Of a stretch of DNA of 64,000 bases, positions 9,243-20,633 are shown one piece after another; the stretch's first letter is position 1; every line of letters starts with the position of its first letter. The position numbers and the translations under genes were made by a program. Origin of the DNA: an uncultured virus (IMG/VR IMGVR_UViG_3300035654_000005) (taxonomy: Duplodnaviria > Heunggongvirae > Uroviricota > Caudoviricetes). The DNA lies in IMG/VR virus record IMGVR_UViG_3300035654_000005; one strand, given 5' to 3'. Under the pieces are notes generated by a model. It saw only the letters and a list, made by a program, of their open reading frames with translations. It did no database searches and was not told where the DNA came from.

Positions 9243-9910
9243 TGCAGTTCAACCATATTTCTGTTCAGCAAATCGCTGACATTACATCTAAAGACACATC
9301 CAGGGGACGATTTTATACAACTCCTTCTGGATCTGTGTATCCATCTATCACTACCGTGCTTGGCCACATTGAAAAGCCTGCTATCGCTGAATGGAGATTA
9401 AGTTTAGGTGCAGTTAAAGCTGACAAAGAGACTAAACGTGCTGCTGATCGCGGTACGGCTGTTCACACGATGATTGAGCGATACTTGAATAATGAAGAAG
9501 ATCCAACCGTTGGTTTCGATCATCTCAATATTCGCGAGTTCAAACAGCTTCGGACAAAGCTCAATAAAGTAGACGACATATTGTGTCAGGAATATCCGTT
9601 ATTCAGTGATACGCTTAAACTTGCTGGACGAGTGGACTGTATTGGACATTATGACGGCGAATTAGCTATCATCGATTTCAAAACATCCAATGGTAATAAA
9701 ACTGAAGGTATGATTCACGACTATTACATGCAAACAGCAGGTTATGCTGTGATGTTCCAAGAATTATACAACATACAGATTGACAAGATTGTTATTCTAA
9801 TGAGTGTTGAAAAAGGTGCTGTTCCGTTAGTATTTAAACAAGACGTAGACCCTTGGATATCTCCACTTTGTGAGAGAATAAATAGTTATTACAAATCAAC
9901 AAAGGCGTAA
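9242..9910 (+). CDS. PD-(D/E)XK exonuclease of T4-like phages
   Basis: YPSITTVL, RGTAVH, AGRVDCIG, IIDFKTS, YYMQ..GYA. Confidence 0.88.
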   Translation: MQFNHISVQQIADITSKDTSRGRFYTTPSGSVYPSITTVLGHIEKPAIAEWRLSLGAVKADKETKRAADRGTAVHTMIERYLNNEEDPTVGFDHLNIREFKQLRTKLNKVDDILCQEYPLFSDTLKLAGRVDCIGHYDGELAIIDFKTSNGNKTEGMIHDYYMQTAGYAVMFQELYNIQIDKIVILMSVEKGAVPLVFKQDVDPWISPLCERINSYYKSTKA

Positions 9911-9913
9911 CAA

Positions 9914-10477
9914 ATGTCAACAACCATCGGTCAACACACAGATATTAAATTACCTCTGTTTAACAAAGAGTTATCAGCTAAGGTAGACACAGGAGCAACT
10001 ACATGTTGCTTGCATGGAACAAACATCAAAGTAAACCCTGCACAAAATTCTGTTACGTTTATGAACCCTGACTTATCTAGCAATCTTATTAAGATGAGCT
10101 TGAAAGGTGAAGTAGACGTACACAGCGCTGATAACGGCGCTGATAAACGTCCTATCGTCGAGATTGATGTCGTAATCAACGGCCAGGTAATATCAAATGT
10201 TGAATTTAATATCAACGATCGTTCGCAGATGGATTCTGCTGTATTGATTGGTCAGAACCTACTCAAACAAGGTGGGTTTGTGGTTGATGTGGCGGAAGCC
10301 GCGGATATCGATGTTGAGAATGTCCCACCAGAAGTGGTTGATCCTTCACCAGTACAAATGAACGATGCTCCTCTATCGGGTAACATAACATACGATCCAG
10401 CTACAGAAACATTCACGCTTATACTCACAAAGCAATGTATGCTTGATTTAATAGCTAGAACTGAAAGTACTGAATAA
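9914..10477 (+). CDS. Retropepsin-like aspartic protease (RimB / 'ATP-dependent Zn protease' family)
   Basis: AKVDTGA...LH catalytic motif, RP.V, DRSQM...LIG.N.L. Confidence 0.82.
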   Translation: MSTTIGQHTDIKLPLFNKELSAKVDTGATTCCLHGTNIKVNPAQNSVTFMNPDLSSNLIKMSLKGEVDVHSADNGADKRPIVEIDVVINGQVISNVEFNINDRSQMDSAVLIGQNLLKQGGFVVDVAEAADIDVENVPPEVVDPSPVQMNDAPLSGNITYDPATETFTLILTKQCMLDLIARTESTE

Positions 10478-10478
10478 T

Positions 10479-11084
10479 ATGAACAAGTCACCTTTTTATG
10501 TAGTTGAAGAGTTTTTATCCCCAATGTTGTGTGAAGACATTCTGGCCAAAGCTGATTTCACTGTGCCTAACACAGATAAAAATGGTGCTGAAATAATGAC
10601 AATGAAATCATGTCAACCAGCCGACTTACTAATATTCGAACGCTTGCAAGACATCCTAGACGATGTTCAAGCGTACTATCAGTTGTTATACAAGGGCACA
10701 GAAGCTATGTCATACGAATGGTTCCCCGAAGGTAGTGTCGGCGCTATCGGATGTGCTAATAGTGTATACTCACGTAAAAAATGGCTAAGAGTTAAGCCTG
10801 CTGATCTAACGGGTATTATATTCCTGTCAGATTATCAAAACGAACCTAACTTCGACGAGGGATACGAAGTATATGGTGGTAAACTAGAGTTCCCTCAACA
10901 TCAGTTTGGCTTCAACCCAAAGCGTGGTACGCTGGTTATATTCCCAAGTGGACCGCACTTCATAAATCAAACGACACTTATACAAGCAGGTGATCTTCAC
11001 CAAGTACGCTTTAACATTGTCGGCAAGACACCATACCTATACAATCCTGCCGGATTCCCAGGTAATTACACAAACTGGTTCTAA
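10479..11084 (+). CDS. 2OG-Fe(II) oxygenase-fold protein (prolyl-hydroxylase-like), metal ligands not evident
   Basis: F.S...C N-terminal motif, LTGIIFL.D, YGGKLEFP, PKRGTLVIFPS. Confidence 0.7.
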   Translation: MNKSPFYVVEEFLSPMLCEDILAKADFTVPNTDKNGAEIMTMKSCQPADLLIFERLQDILDDVQAYYQLLYKGTEAMSYEWFPEGSVGAIGCANSVYSRKKWLRVKPADLTGIIFLSDYQNEPNFDEGYEVYGGKLEFPQHQFGFNPKRGTLVIFPSGPHFINQTTLIQAGDLHQVRFNIVGKTPYLYNPAGFPGNYTNWF

Positions 11085-11089
11085 TCACG

Positions 11090-11118
11090 TTGTATTAAAC
11101 AAATTACTGACGTATAGT
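11090..11118 (+). promoter_or_regulatory. sigma70-type promoter for the SLT-groES-groEL-dsbA unit
   Basis: TTGTAT-17 nt-TATAGT. Confidence 0.65.
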
Positions 11119-11137
11119 CAGTGATATAGGAGATTTT

Positions 11138-11812
11138 ATGTCTAAAAAATTAACAGCTATGCTGTATGCAGTATCTATTTGCTTTGCGTTTGTTGTTGGA
11201 ACTAACTACACACAACTAGGATCTAATACTACCCCCGCAGTTACAGCTATCCCAGTGGAGTCGAGTCCTAAATTAGCTATATTAGAAAATCTACATCCTG
11301 CTAACATGACAGCAAAATATAGCGATGTTCTCAAGACTAGCTATGCTATCGCCAACCAAGTCGATGTCCCACCAACAATTGTTCAGGCCATTCTGTTACA
11401 AGAAAGTAAAGCTGGCAATGTTAAATCATTGGTTGGTAGCCGTGGTGCTGGTGTTGGCAATCGATCTTATGGCGTTATGCAGATGAAAGTAGAAGCTGCA
11501 AGATCAGTCATGTCACGAACACCAAAATTAGTGTCCAAGTACTTTCCAAACCGCTCGTACTCATCGATCACTGATGAAGAAGTAATAGCATTAATGTTAA
11601 CCAACCACGAAGCTAACATTCGGATGGCTTGTTACCACCTTAAACTATACCATAGCATGATGCACGACTGGGATGCTACAATCGTTGCATATAACATGGG
11701 TATCGGTAACGCTAAGAAAACATTGGTATTTGACACCAACCCATATTTAATAAGTGTTCAGAATTATATGAACACCACAGTACCATCATTCAACTCAAAA
11801 CATAATTTATAA
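11138..11812 (+). CDS. Lytic transglycosylase (SLT domain) with N-terminal signal/anchor
   Basis: AILLQES catalytic Glu, GVMQM, AYNMG motifs; hydrophobic N-terminus after KK. Confidence 0.85.
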   Translation: MSKKLTAMLYAVSICFAFVVGTNYTQLGSNTTPAVTAIPVESSPKLAILENLHPANMTAKYSDVLKTSYAIANQVDVPPTIVQAILLQESKAGNVKSLVGSRGAGVGNRSYGVMQMKVEAARSVMSRTPKLVSKYFPNRSYSSITDEEVIALMLTNHEANIRMACYHLKLYHSMMHDWDATIVAYNMGIGNAKKTLVFDTNPYLISVQNYMNTTVPSFNSKHNL

Positions 11813-11831
11813 CAACAATAACGGAGAAACT

Positions 11832-12128
11832 ATGTCATACGTCCCACTTAGAGATCTAATCGTAGTCAGATTAGATACAGAATCAGAAACAACCTCAGCT
11901 ACAGGTTTTGTCATCCCAACATCTTCCCAGGTTAAGTCAACGTTGGGTACAGTTCTAAAAACTGGACCTGGTGCTCGTACTCCTGCTGGTGAGCGTTTGC
12001 CGATGACAGTAAAAGAAGGCGACCGAGTAGTACTAGGCAAAGGTTCGGGGCAAGAAATTAAAATTAACGACGAGCAGTTGTTAATTGTACGTGAAGATGA
12101 TATAATGGTTGTATTAACCTCCAAATAA
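11832..12128 (+). CDS. groES: Co-chaperonin GroES (Cpn10)
   Basis: PLRDLIVV, mobile loop TGFVIP, GPG, VKEGDRV, REDDIM. Confidence 0.93.
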   Translation: MSYVPLRDLIVVRLDTESETTSATGFVIPTSSQVKSTLGTVLKTGPGARTPAGERLPMTVKEGDRVVLGKGSGQEIKINDEQLLIVREDDIMVVLTSK

Positions 12129-12140
12129 CAAAAACAATAA

Positions 12141-13762
<1,622 letters not shown>

Positions 13763-13783
13763 TAAAGAGAGAATCATTTAATC

Positions 13784-14164
13784 ATGGCAAAAGTACAAAA
13801 ACAATCAGAGCGTGGTGCTAACATTCTTAATAGTCCAGAAGAACGTAAAAAGTTCAAATCTGCTCTGTCTACAATCACACATTACTTCCAACAAATCGAC
13901 GATGCTAAAGAGTCAGTTAAAGAAACCGTAGCAGACATTGCTGACCAGTATGGCGTTGACAAGAAACACGTTCGTAAATTAGCTGCCACTATGTTCAAAC
14001 ACAACTACGAATCACTTCAAGAGGAAAACAAACACTTTGAAGCGTTGTACGAAATTGTGATTGAAGGTAAGTTGCGCGGTGATGGTGATCCGCTAGCAGC
14101 AGCTCTGTTAGCAGATGAACCTGATGACGATGCAAGTAACGACAACAAGGATTTGTCAGAATAA
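13784..14164 (+). CDS. dsDNA-binding protein (T4 DsbA-like)
   Basis: IDDAKESVKE...YGVDKKHVRKLA.TMFK.NY...FEALYE pattern matches T4-type DsbA proteins. Confidence 0.72.
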   Translation: MAKVQKQSERGANILNSPEERKKFKSALSTITHYFQQIDDAKESVKETVADIADQYGVDKKHVRKLAATMFKHNYESLQEENKHFEALYEIVIEGKLRGDGDPLAAALLADEPDDDASNDNKDLSE

Positions 14165-14165
14165 T

Positions 14166-14192
14166 AAAAAAGCCCGCTAAGCGGGCTTTTTT
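14166..14192. terminator. Bidirectional rho-independent terminator
   Basis: A6-GCCCGC-TAA-GCGGGC-T6 between convergent genes. Confidence 0.92.
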
Positions 14193-14193
14193 A

Positions 14194-16683
14194 TTATAGC
14201 ATCTTATATGTTCCGGTCAGTATATATCCACCAAACGGATTAGAGCCTTGTGACGTAATATTCATAAAGGTAGCTACATATCGTTCCAATGGTTGAACTA
14301 CCAGAGGAGTAGTCTCATTCAACACATCAAATGTTACGGTTTTTGCTACGGTAGTATCTCCGAAAATAGAAACGATCGCTACCTCACCCAATTTACCGCC
14401 TATAACTTGTATATCCAACGCTGTACCCACAATCGGAATTAACGATATAGGAGCAAACTGTTGTCCAAGATCAACGTCAAGAGTAGCTCTAGGATCACCG
14501 CCTGTGTCATAATCCACAGATAGGGTTGTGTTTGTTGTTGTTGGTAATAGAGCTAGAGTGCCACTCTGAGCTGGTAGTGTGTATGAACGAGTAGTACCCG
14601 TTGGGATAAATGTCGTATCAAACTCAAATCGTTTAGTTGAATCAGTTGGATCTACAGCAAAAGTTACGGTCGTATTATCTGTACTCAACATAATGCTATT
14701 TGAGTCACTATCAGCAGTTACGTGGAATGCCACCTGGCTAGCATTGATATCTAATATCGATTGAGCTGATCCAGTTCCTTCATTATACGATGTCGTTAAT
14801 TTTACTTGTGAATTTAGAGTCGCTTGTCGAATATAACCAAACCCTGGGTTCATGAACATATCGTGGCGTGCTAGTATAGCATTTTCATTAGCTGTGTCGA
14901 CTATTGTGCGAGCTGTGGATATGGATTGGTTTTGCGCATCTATTGCGTCAGTACTGTTGAACGATACTACAGGTGTATGTGAATCTAAAATAAACGATAC
15001 TAATTGTGTGTTAGAATTAGCGTCAAGTGTATATGATGATACCAACCCACCTGCATCATCAGCTGTACTGACAATACTTACTTGAGTTGGATCGTTTTGA
15101 ACAGCTTGTGCGTCAAAACCACCTCCAGATATATCACTCAACAATGCTAACGTACCATTTTGGTTAGGCATCGTATACGTTCTCGTAGTGGAAGGTGAAA
15201 TGGTAGATGCGTCAAATGTGTATTTTTTGGTTACGTTAGTTGAATCTGTGCCCGACAACTGACCATGTATAGTCAATGTGTTTGAAGCAAAATCTCCTAA
15301 AATTAACGGAGTATCTGTAGGTGTAATGTCAACGTACAATTTGCTAACTACGTTGCCGGAATTAGTAAGCGGCCCTGCATTGAAACCCAATATAATACTA
15401 TTTTGCAATTCGCCCGTCAATCCACCTGCAGTATTTGCTCCGATTACAACAGACTGGAATCCTCTAGTTGCATTGTTTGCTGCATACGTACCAATTGCTA
15501 CTGTATTAGTACTGTTTGTAACAGCAGCAGATAAAGCATACTGACCGATGGCAATGTTGTCACCTCCAGTAGTAAGTCCCGCTAACGCACCGGTACCAAT
15601 AGCAATATTCTCCAAACTACCTACGGTAGCTCCTTGCAATGCATTTTTACCGATAGCTACGTTATCTGTACCTAATATACCAGCGCCTAATCCCAATGCT
15701 GTGTGGCCAGCATCCGTAATTCCTATCAGATCAGATCCACCAGGTGTGGCTACACCTGCTATAACAGGATTAAAGAATACAGATTTAGGAGTTAATGCAA
15801 ATGCTATAACTTGTGTTTGTCCGGTAGAGGTGTCTGTTAGAGCACCATTCGAACCAACGTATAGAGGTGCACCAACTGTAGTCCAGTTCCAACCTTGATT
15901 TTCAACAACACCTTGTGTGTAAATTGTAGTATAGTCACCCGCAACAACATTTCGACTGATAATACCATACACTGTAGAGCCTATATCATAGGAATCAGCA
16001 GTTATAAACTTGCTAAAATCGCTCAGTTTTACAACAGTAAATGCTGGGATAGTTTGTTGAGCCTCTGCTTCTAATACTGTTGCTGCTAATTTAAGCTCTG
16101 AGCTATTAGTAACACCAGCGATTCCTGTTGTTTCTGTTGTAAAGAACGTGTCGTTCGAACGTTTTGTTGGTAATCCAAATGTATCAAATACAATGTAGCC
16201 TGATAAACTGGAGTTTTGATTACCAACTTGAGTACCAGTAAACAATGGCGAACTTATGCTAACGCTTGAAAAACTACCATTGTAACGGGCGGCGATTACA
16301 CGAATTACTCTAACCCATCTAGATCCAGAGGCACGCCAGACGTAACCCACTGTATTCGTAGTATCAAACCAGTATTGGCCATTCGCTGGTGTTGCTGGAG
16401 CAGTTGCACCGATTGATGGAGCTAATGTTGTTGACCCACGAGTTAGAACACCAGTTTTGATATTAATATCCCAGTACAACCAGTAGTTAGTACTTGGGGT
16501 AAAAGGCCCAGGCCACGCGGAATTTACACTGACGCGTTCTGTTACAGTATAGTTAGCGTCTTTATCAGCAAACGTCAGTACTATTGGTGTTGTCGGATTT
16601 ACTGCTAAATTTACGGAGCCACTTGAAGCTACTAAAAAGCCTGTTTGTGCTGTAACGATACCTTGTCTAAATGGGAGTCTCAT
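14194..16683 (-). CDS. Tail fibre-like virion protein
   Basis: Repeated N.AIG..AL (YadA-head-like) motifs, duplicated TTRxYTxPxQxGTLALL motif, late promoter at 16711-16717. Confidence 0.7.
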   Translation of the reverse strand: MRLPFRQGIVTAQTGFLVASSGSVNLAVNPTTPIVLTFADKDANYTVTERVSVNSAWPGPFTPSTNYWLYWDINIKTGVLTRGSTTLAPSIGATAPATPANGQYWFDTTNTVGYVWRASGSRWVRVIRVIAARYNGSFSSVSISSPLFTGTQVGNQNSSLSGYIVFDTFGLPTKRSNDTFFTTETTGIAGVTNSSELKLAATVLEAEAQQTIPAFTVVKLSDFSKFITADSYDIGSTVYGIISRNVVAGDYTTIYTQGVVENQGWNWTTVGAPLYVGSNGALTDTSTGQTQVIAFALTPKSVFFNPVIAGVATPGGSDLIGITDAGHTALGLGAGILGTDNVAIGKNALQGATVGSLENIAIGTGALAGLTTGGDNIAIGQYALSAAVTNSTNTVAIGTYAANNATRGFQSVVIGANTAGGLTGELQNSIILGFNAGPLTNSGNVVSKLYVDITPTDTPLILGDFASNTLTIHGQLSGTDSTNVTKKYTFDASTISPSTTRTYTMPNQNGTLALLSDISGGGFDAQAVQNDPTQVSIVSTADDAGGLVSSYTLDANSNTQLVSFILDSHTPVVSFNSTDAIDAQNQSISTARTIVDTANENAILARHDMFMNPGFGYIRQATLNSQVKLTTSYNEGTGSAQSILDINASQVAFHVTADSDSNSIMLSTDNTTVTFAVDPTDSTKRFEFDTTFIPTGTTRSYTLPAQSGTLALLPTTTNTTLSVDYDTGGDPRATLDVDLGQQFAPISLIPIVGTALDIQVIGGKLGEVAIVSIFGDTTVAKTVTFDVLNETTPLVVQPLERYVATFMNITSQGSNPFGGYILTGTYKML

Positions 16684-16710
16684 GTTGTTTGTGTCCTTAT
16701 AATGTAGTAA

Positions 16711-16717
16711 TATTTAT
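16711..16717 (-). promoter_or_regulatory. T4-type late promoter
   Basis: ATAAATA on minus strand upstream of ORF 16683. Confidence 0.65.
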
Positions 16718-16788
16718 GGTTGCATCTATCGTACACCGTAAGTTACCCTTATTTTGGTTTGGATAAATATGATGTAGGTTTTAGATGG

Positions 16789-16817
16789 TTGATTTGTAGT
16801 TATCATTCGCGTATACT
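16789..16817 (+). promoter_or_regulatory. sigma70-type promoter for DNA polymerase
   Basis: TTGATT-17 nt-TATACT. Confidence 0.7.
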
Positions 16818-16844
16818 TCTACCACAATAATAAGGAACGCATTA

Positions 16845-18515
16845 ATGAGTTACATATCAGCCGTCACTATGAACGATAATGTTATTGTTTATGAACGTGA
16901 TGCAGAAAATAAACGAATTCAGCAAGTGTACAAAGCACCGTACTACTTTTATGTAGATGATCCCGATGGTGAATATAATACCATATTCGGTACAAAGGTG
17001 TCCAAACTGACGTTTAAAAACGGCCGAGATTACTACGGTACTAGAAAGTCGTGTAAAGAATCAGGAATACAAACGTGGGAATCTGACATCCCCCCTGAGA
17101 TTCGTGTACTGTCGAACTTCTACTACAACAAACCGGCGATGAAATTGAACATCACGTTTTGGGATATTGAGGTCGATTACAATCTCGAAATGGGTTTCTC
17201 ATCTCCAAAGTATCCGTACGCTCCAATTAACTCTGTATCGTTGTTTCATCAACATCGAGATGAGATGGTTATCTTGTGCGTACCACCTCCTGGTCAACCA
17301 TGGACTGCTGAAACTCTAATGGAAGAAGTGCACGCCGCACACCCACTACCGACTGAATATAAAACTATAATTAAAGTGTTTCCAGACGAACGAGAGTTAT
17401 TGCTTGAGTTCTTAGATCAGATTGAAGATACTGATTTGTTATCTGGTTGGAACAGTGACTTCTTCGACTTACCATATACAACTAAGCGTATCGAACGTAC
17501 ACTGGGTTCAACTTTTGTTAAGCGACTGTCGTTCACAGGAGCACAAGCTCCACAATGGAATGAGGTTGAGTTTAAAAAACAAATCAATCTAGTAGTTAAT
17601 CTATACGGTCGTATGTCACTCGACTATATGCAACTGTTCCGTAAGTATGAACCAGGCGAACGTCACTCATATAAGTTAGCTTCGATCGAAGAGGAAGTTG
17701 GACTAAATCTACCTAAACTCAACTATCAAGGTTCTTTGCATGAGTTGTATCACCAAGACTTTCCGTTCTTTGTACGATACAACATGCGAGATAGTGAAAT
17801 TCTCCGTGGATTCGAACTAACACTAGGCTACGTTGATGTAGCCTCACAAATGTACCATATTTCATGCGGGCAGGCATCACACGTTCAAGGTACATTGAAG
17901 CTCGCTGAGTTGGCAATCGTAAACTACTGCCACCACGTACTGAAGCAAGTCGTACCTAACATTGAACGTCCTGATGTAGATCGAAAGATCGATGGTGCGT
18001 TTGTATTACTGCCACAAATTGGTATGCACGAACAGATTGGTTCTATTGATATTACATCACTGTATCCAACAGCGATACGCAGCGTTAACATTTCTCCTGA
18101 GATGATCGTTGGACAGTTTACGGCTACGAGTGAAGCTCACGTCGGTGTCATTAATGGAACAGATGAACTATTCTTGTTTGAATATGATAACGAAACAACA
18201 GAAACTAAATCTGGAGCGGAATGGAAGCAACACTTGATAGATAATAAGTGGAGTATCAGTGGATACGGCACGGTATTTTCTCAGGAAAAACAAGGAATTA
18301 TACCAGCTGTGTTATCCGATTGGTTTGCTACTCGTAAAAAATATCAAAACGACAAAAAGACTGCCAATGCTGCCGCTGTAGAAATATTGAAAAAGTATAT
18401 GTCAGAAGAAGAGGCAATTAAAATGGTATCTCGAGCAGTTACAGAGATCTCAGAAGTACTAACCGAAACATCAGCGTACGATGATACTGATGAAGAAGAA
18501 TTTGACGAGTTTTAA
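16845..18515 (+). CDS. DNA polymerase family B, N-terminal subunit (exonuclease plus palm motif A; gp43A-like)
   Basis: ExoI WDIEV, ExoII GWNSDFFD, ExoIII YNMRD, motif A DITSLYP, GIIP...W...RK; ends in acidic tail. Confidence 0.93.
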   Translation: MSYISAVTMNDNVIVYERDAENKRIQQVYKAPYYFYVDDPDGEYNTIFGTKVSKLTFKNGRDYYGTRKSCKESGIQTWESDIPPEIRVLSNFYYNKPAMKLNITFWDIEVDYNLEMGFSSPKYPYAPINSVSLFHQHRDEMVILCVPPPGQPWTAETLMEEVHAAHPLPTEYKTIIKVFPDERELLLEFLDQIEDTDLLSGWNSDFFDLPYTTKRIERTLGSTFVKRLSFTGAQAPQWNEVEFKKQINLVVNLYGRMSLDYMQLFRKYEPGERHSYKLASIEEEVGLNLPKLNYQGSLHELYHQDFPFFVRYNMRDSEILRGFELTLGYVDVASQMYHISCGQASHVQGTLKLAELAIVNYCHHVLKQVVPNIERPDVDRKIDGAFVLLPQIGMHEQIGSIDITSLYPTAIRSVNISPEMIVGQFTATSEAHVGVINGTDELFLFEYDNETTETKSGAEWKQHLIDNKWSISGYGTVFSQEKQGIIPAVLSDWFATRKKYQNDKKTANAAAVEILKKYMSEEEAIKMVSRAVTEISEVLTETSAYDDTDEEEFDEF

Positions 18516-18523
18516 GAGAACAT

Positions 18524-19705
18524 ATGGTTACAATTGATGGCGTAAAAATGAGCGACGATGATGCGTTGCTATATCAAAAATACATCCAACAAGCGGCGTA
18601 TGCTGACAGGTTGCAGTATGTGTTTAAGATTAAACTAAACAGTCTATATGGTGCAATGAGTAACTTATATTTTAGATTCTACGATCTGCGGATGGGTGAA
18701 TCCACTACTGCTACTGGTAGAGCTATTCTACTCCACCAATGTCGCAAAGTAAGTGAATTATTAGATGGCAACTACAACGTCGACTTCCCACTGTATGAAA
18801 CACCTAAAGAGTGTATCGAAAAAGGTATAGATGTTAAATTTGCTCTACATGGTGATTACTTTAACTCTAAACACCAGAGTGATTCCGTTGTTTATGGTGA
18901 TACCGACTCTACTTACTTCAAGACTCACCAAAAAACTACAGCGGAAGCTATCGTGGTTGCTGATTATATTGGCGAACAAGTAAATAACTCATACGGTGAT
19001 TTTATGCGTTCTCACTTCTTATGCACACCTGGTTTCGATAATCTGGTTAAAGCTGCTCGTGAGATTGTTAGCGATAACGGCATATTCGTTCAGAAGAAGC
19101 GTTATATGTTACACTTACGCGATGTCGACGGTAAGACTGTTGATAAGATGAAGGTGATGGGTCTTGATACCAAAAAGACTATCCTACCTAAAGAAATCTC
19201 CCTCAAGCTAAATGCATTTATGGAAGACTGGTTGAAAGGTAAGGAGTGGGATCGCGTAGCTGAAGAGATCGTTGCCTACAAAGACTTTTTGATACATAAT
19301 GGCTTAATTATTAAATACGGGTTACCAACCGGTGTTAATAATGTAGACCAATACACAGCTTTATACCTAAAAGAAGGTATGAAAGCACGATTACCAGGTG
19401 GTGTTGCAGCCGCCATTCACTATAATCAGTGTCTTGCAGAGTTTGGCGACAAGATCAGCATACCTATTACATCAGGTATGAAGATCAAGAAGTTTTATCT
19501 TAAACGCCCACGAGGCAAATTTAAAACTATTGCTTTACCGACAGACTTAGATGAAATCCCACCATGGTTTGCTGACTTTGAGATTGACAATCAGGCCATG
19601 ATTACGAGACTTGTGGATAAACCCGTAAGTAATATAATTAAAGCGGTAGGAAAACTACCACCCACCAAACAAACTTTACTAGACACTAAGTTAGTGAGGT
19701 ATTGA
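18524..19705 (+). CDS. DNA polymerase family B, C-terminal subunit (gp43B-like)
   Basis: Motif B KIKLNSLYG, TTATGR, motif C YGDTDS, KKRY, KVMGL. Confidence 0.93.
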   Translation: MVTIDGVKMSDDDALLYQKYIQQAAYADRLQYVFKIKLNSLYGAMSNLYFRFYDLRMGESTTATGRAILLHQCRKVSELLDGNYNVDFPLYETPKECIEKGIDVKFALHGDYFNSKHQSDSVVYGDTDSTYFKTHQKTTAEAIVVADYIGEQVNNSYGDFMRSHFLCTPGFDNLVKAAREIVSDNGIFVQKKRYMLHLRDVDGKTVDKMKVMGLDTKKTILPKEISLKLNAFMEDWLKGKEWDRVAEEIVAYKDFLIHNGLIIKYGLPTGVNNVDQYTALYLKEGMKARLPGGVAAAIHYNQCLAEFGDKISIPITSGMKIKKFYLKRPRGKFKTIALPTDLDEIPPWFADFEIDNQAMITRLVDKPVSNIIKAVGKLPPTKQTLLDTKLVRY

Positions 19706-19717
19706 TGAGGAGTTATT

Positions 19718-20584
19718 ATGAAATCAGTATTAGTTGGCATATTGTTGTGTGTTGTATCGACCTGTGTAAGTTCGGCAGAGTCTATTAATTTACCCATTAA
19801 ATCCCAGTCAGTATTAGTGCTGGATGCAGATAGTAATGAGGTGTTATATCAACGTAATTCAAACGAAGTCCGTTCAATAGCATCCATTACGAAGCTTATG
19901 ACAGCGCTAGTTACGGTTGAAGCAAAGCTTGATCCTAATGAAATAATCGTGATTACCAACGAGGACGTCGAAAACACAAAACTACACAATCGCGTAACGA
20001 GCACATCATTACGAGTAGGGTCTGCCATGACCCGTGAAGAATTATTACGTCTGACGCTCATGAACTCACAAAATAGAGCTGCATGTGCATTAGCCAGAAC
20101 ATACCCAGGTGGTCGTGAGGCTTTCATCAATACAATGAATCTCAAAGCAACGCAGCTTGGAATGAAACACACCACCTACGTAGATCCAACAGGACTATTT
20201 AATTCGAATGTATCAACTGCAGAAGACTTAGCTCTTCTTATGATGGCTGCCAATCAGCACCCTGAGATAAACCTATACAGCACAACAGCTAAGTTTACAC
20301 CATCCTCAACGTCACATTCGTTTGGAACTACCAATCGATTAGTTACATCAAAGGGATGGAATATACTACTACAGAAGACTGGATACATCAAAGACGCTGG
20401 AAGATGTGTAGTAATGGTTACAGAAGTTTCTCTCAAACGAGTTATTATCGTGTTGCTGAACACACCGTCTACGCAGCAACGTGCCCGCGACGCTGTTATA
20501 ATTAAGTATTGGCTCGAGAACAACTTAGTACCTTCTACATCCATAGTAAACCAGCTATCACCGTACCGATCCAAGCGAGGTTGA
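19718..20584 (+). CDS. D-Ala-D-Ala endopeptidase/carboxypeptidase, peptidase S11 (PBP7/PbpG-like)
   Basis: Signal peptide, SxxK (ASITKLMT), SxN (SQN), KTG (KTGYI), DPTGL...N.STA.DL. Confidence 0.9.
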   Translation: MKSVLVGILLCVVSTCVSSAESINLPIKSQSVLVLDADSNEVLYQRNSNEVRSIASITKLMTALVTVEAKLDPNEIIVITNEDVENTKLHNRVTSTSLRVGSAMTREELLRLTLMNSQNRAACALARTYPGGREAFINTMNLKATQLGMKHTTYVDPTGLFNSNVSTAEDLALLMMAANQHPEINLYSTTAKFTPSSTSHSFGTTNRLVTSKGWNILLQKTGYIKDAGRCVVMVTEVSLKRVIIVLLNTPSTQQRARDAVIIKYWLENNLVPSTSIVNQLSPYRSKRG

Positions 20585-20609
20585 TTCTAGCTACAAAAAG
20601 TAGTACAAT
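20581..20609 (+). promoter_or_regulatory. sigma70-type promoter
   Basis: TTGATT-17 nt-TACAAT. Confidence 0.7.
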
Positions 20610-20633
20610 AATCATATAATAATAAGGATAATA

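Noticed and set aside
9242..9910. Cas4-like nuclease hinting at a CRISPR system
   Set aside because: No four-Cys Fe-S cluster pattern, no other cas genes and no repeat-spacer array seen; it matches the common T4-like exonuclease
18505..18530. Stop-codon readthrough or alternative genetic code joining the polymerase halves
   Set aside because: The halves are in different frames, and conserved genes throughout are intact in the standard code
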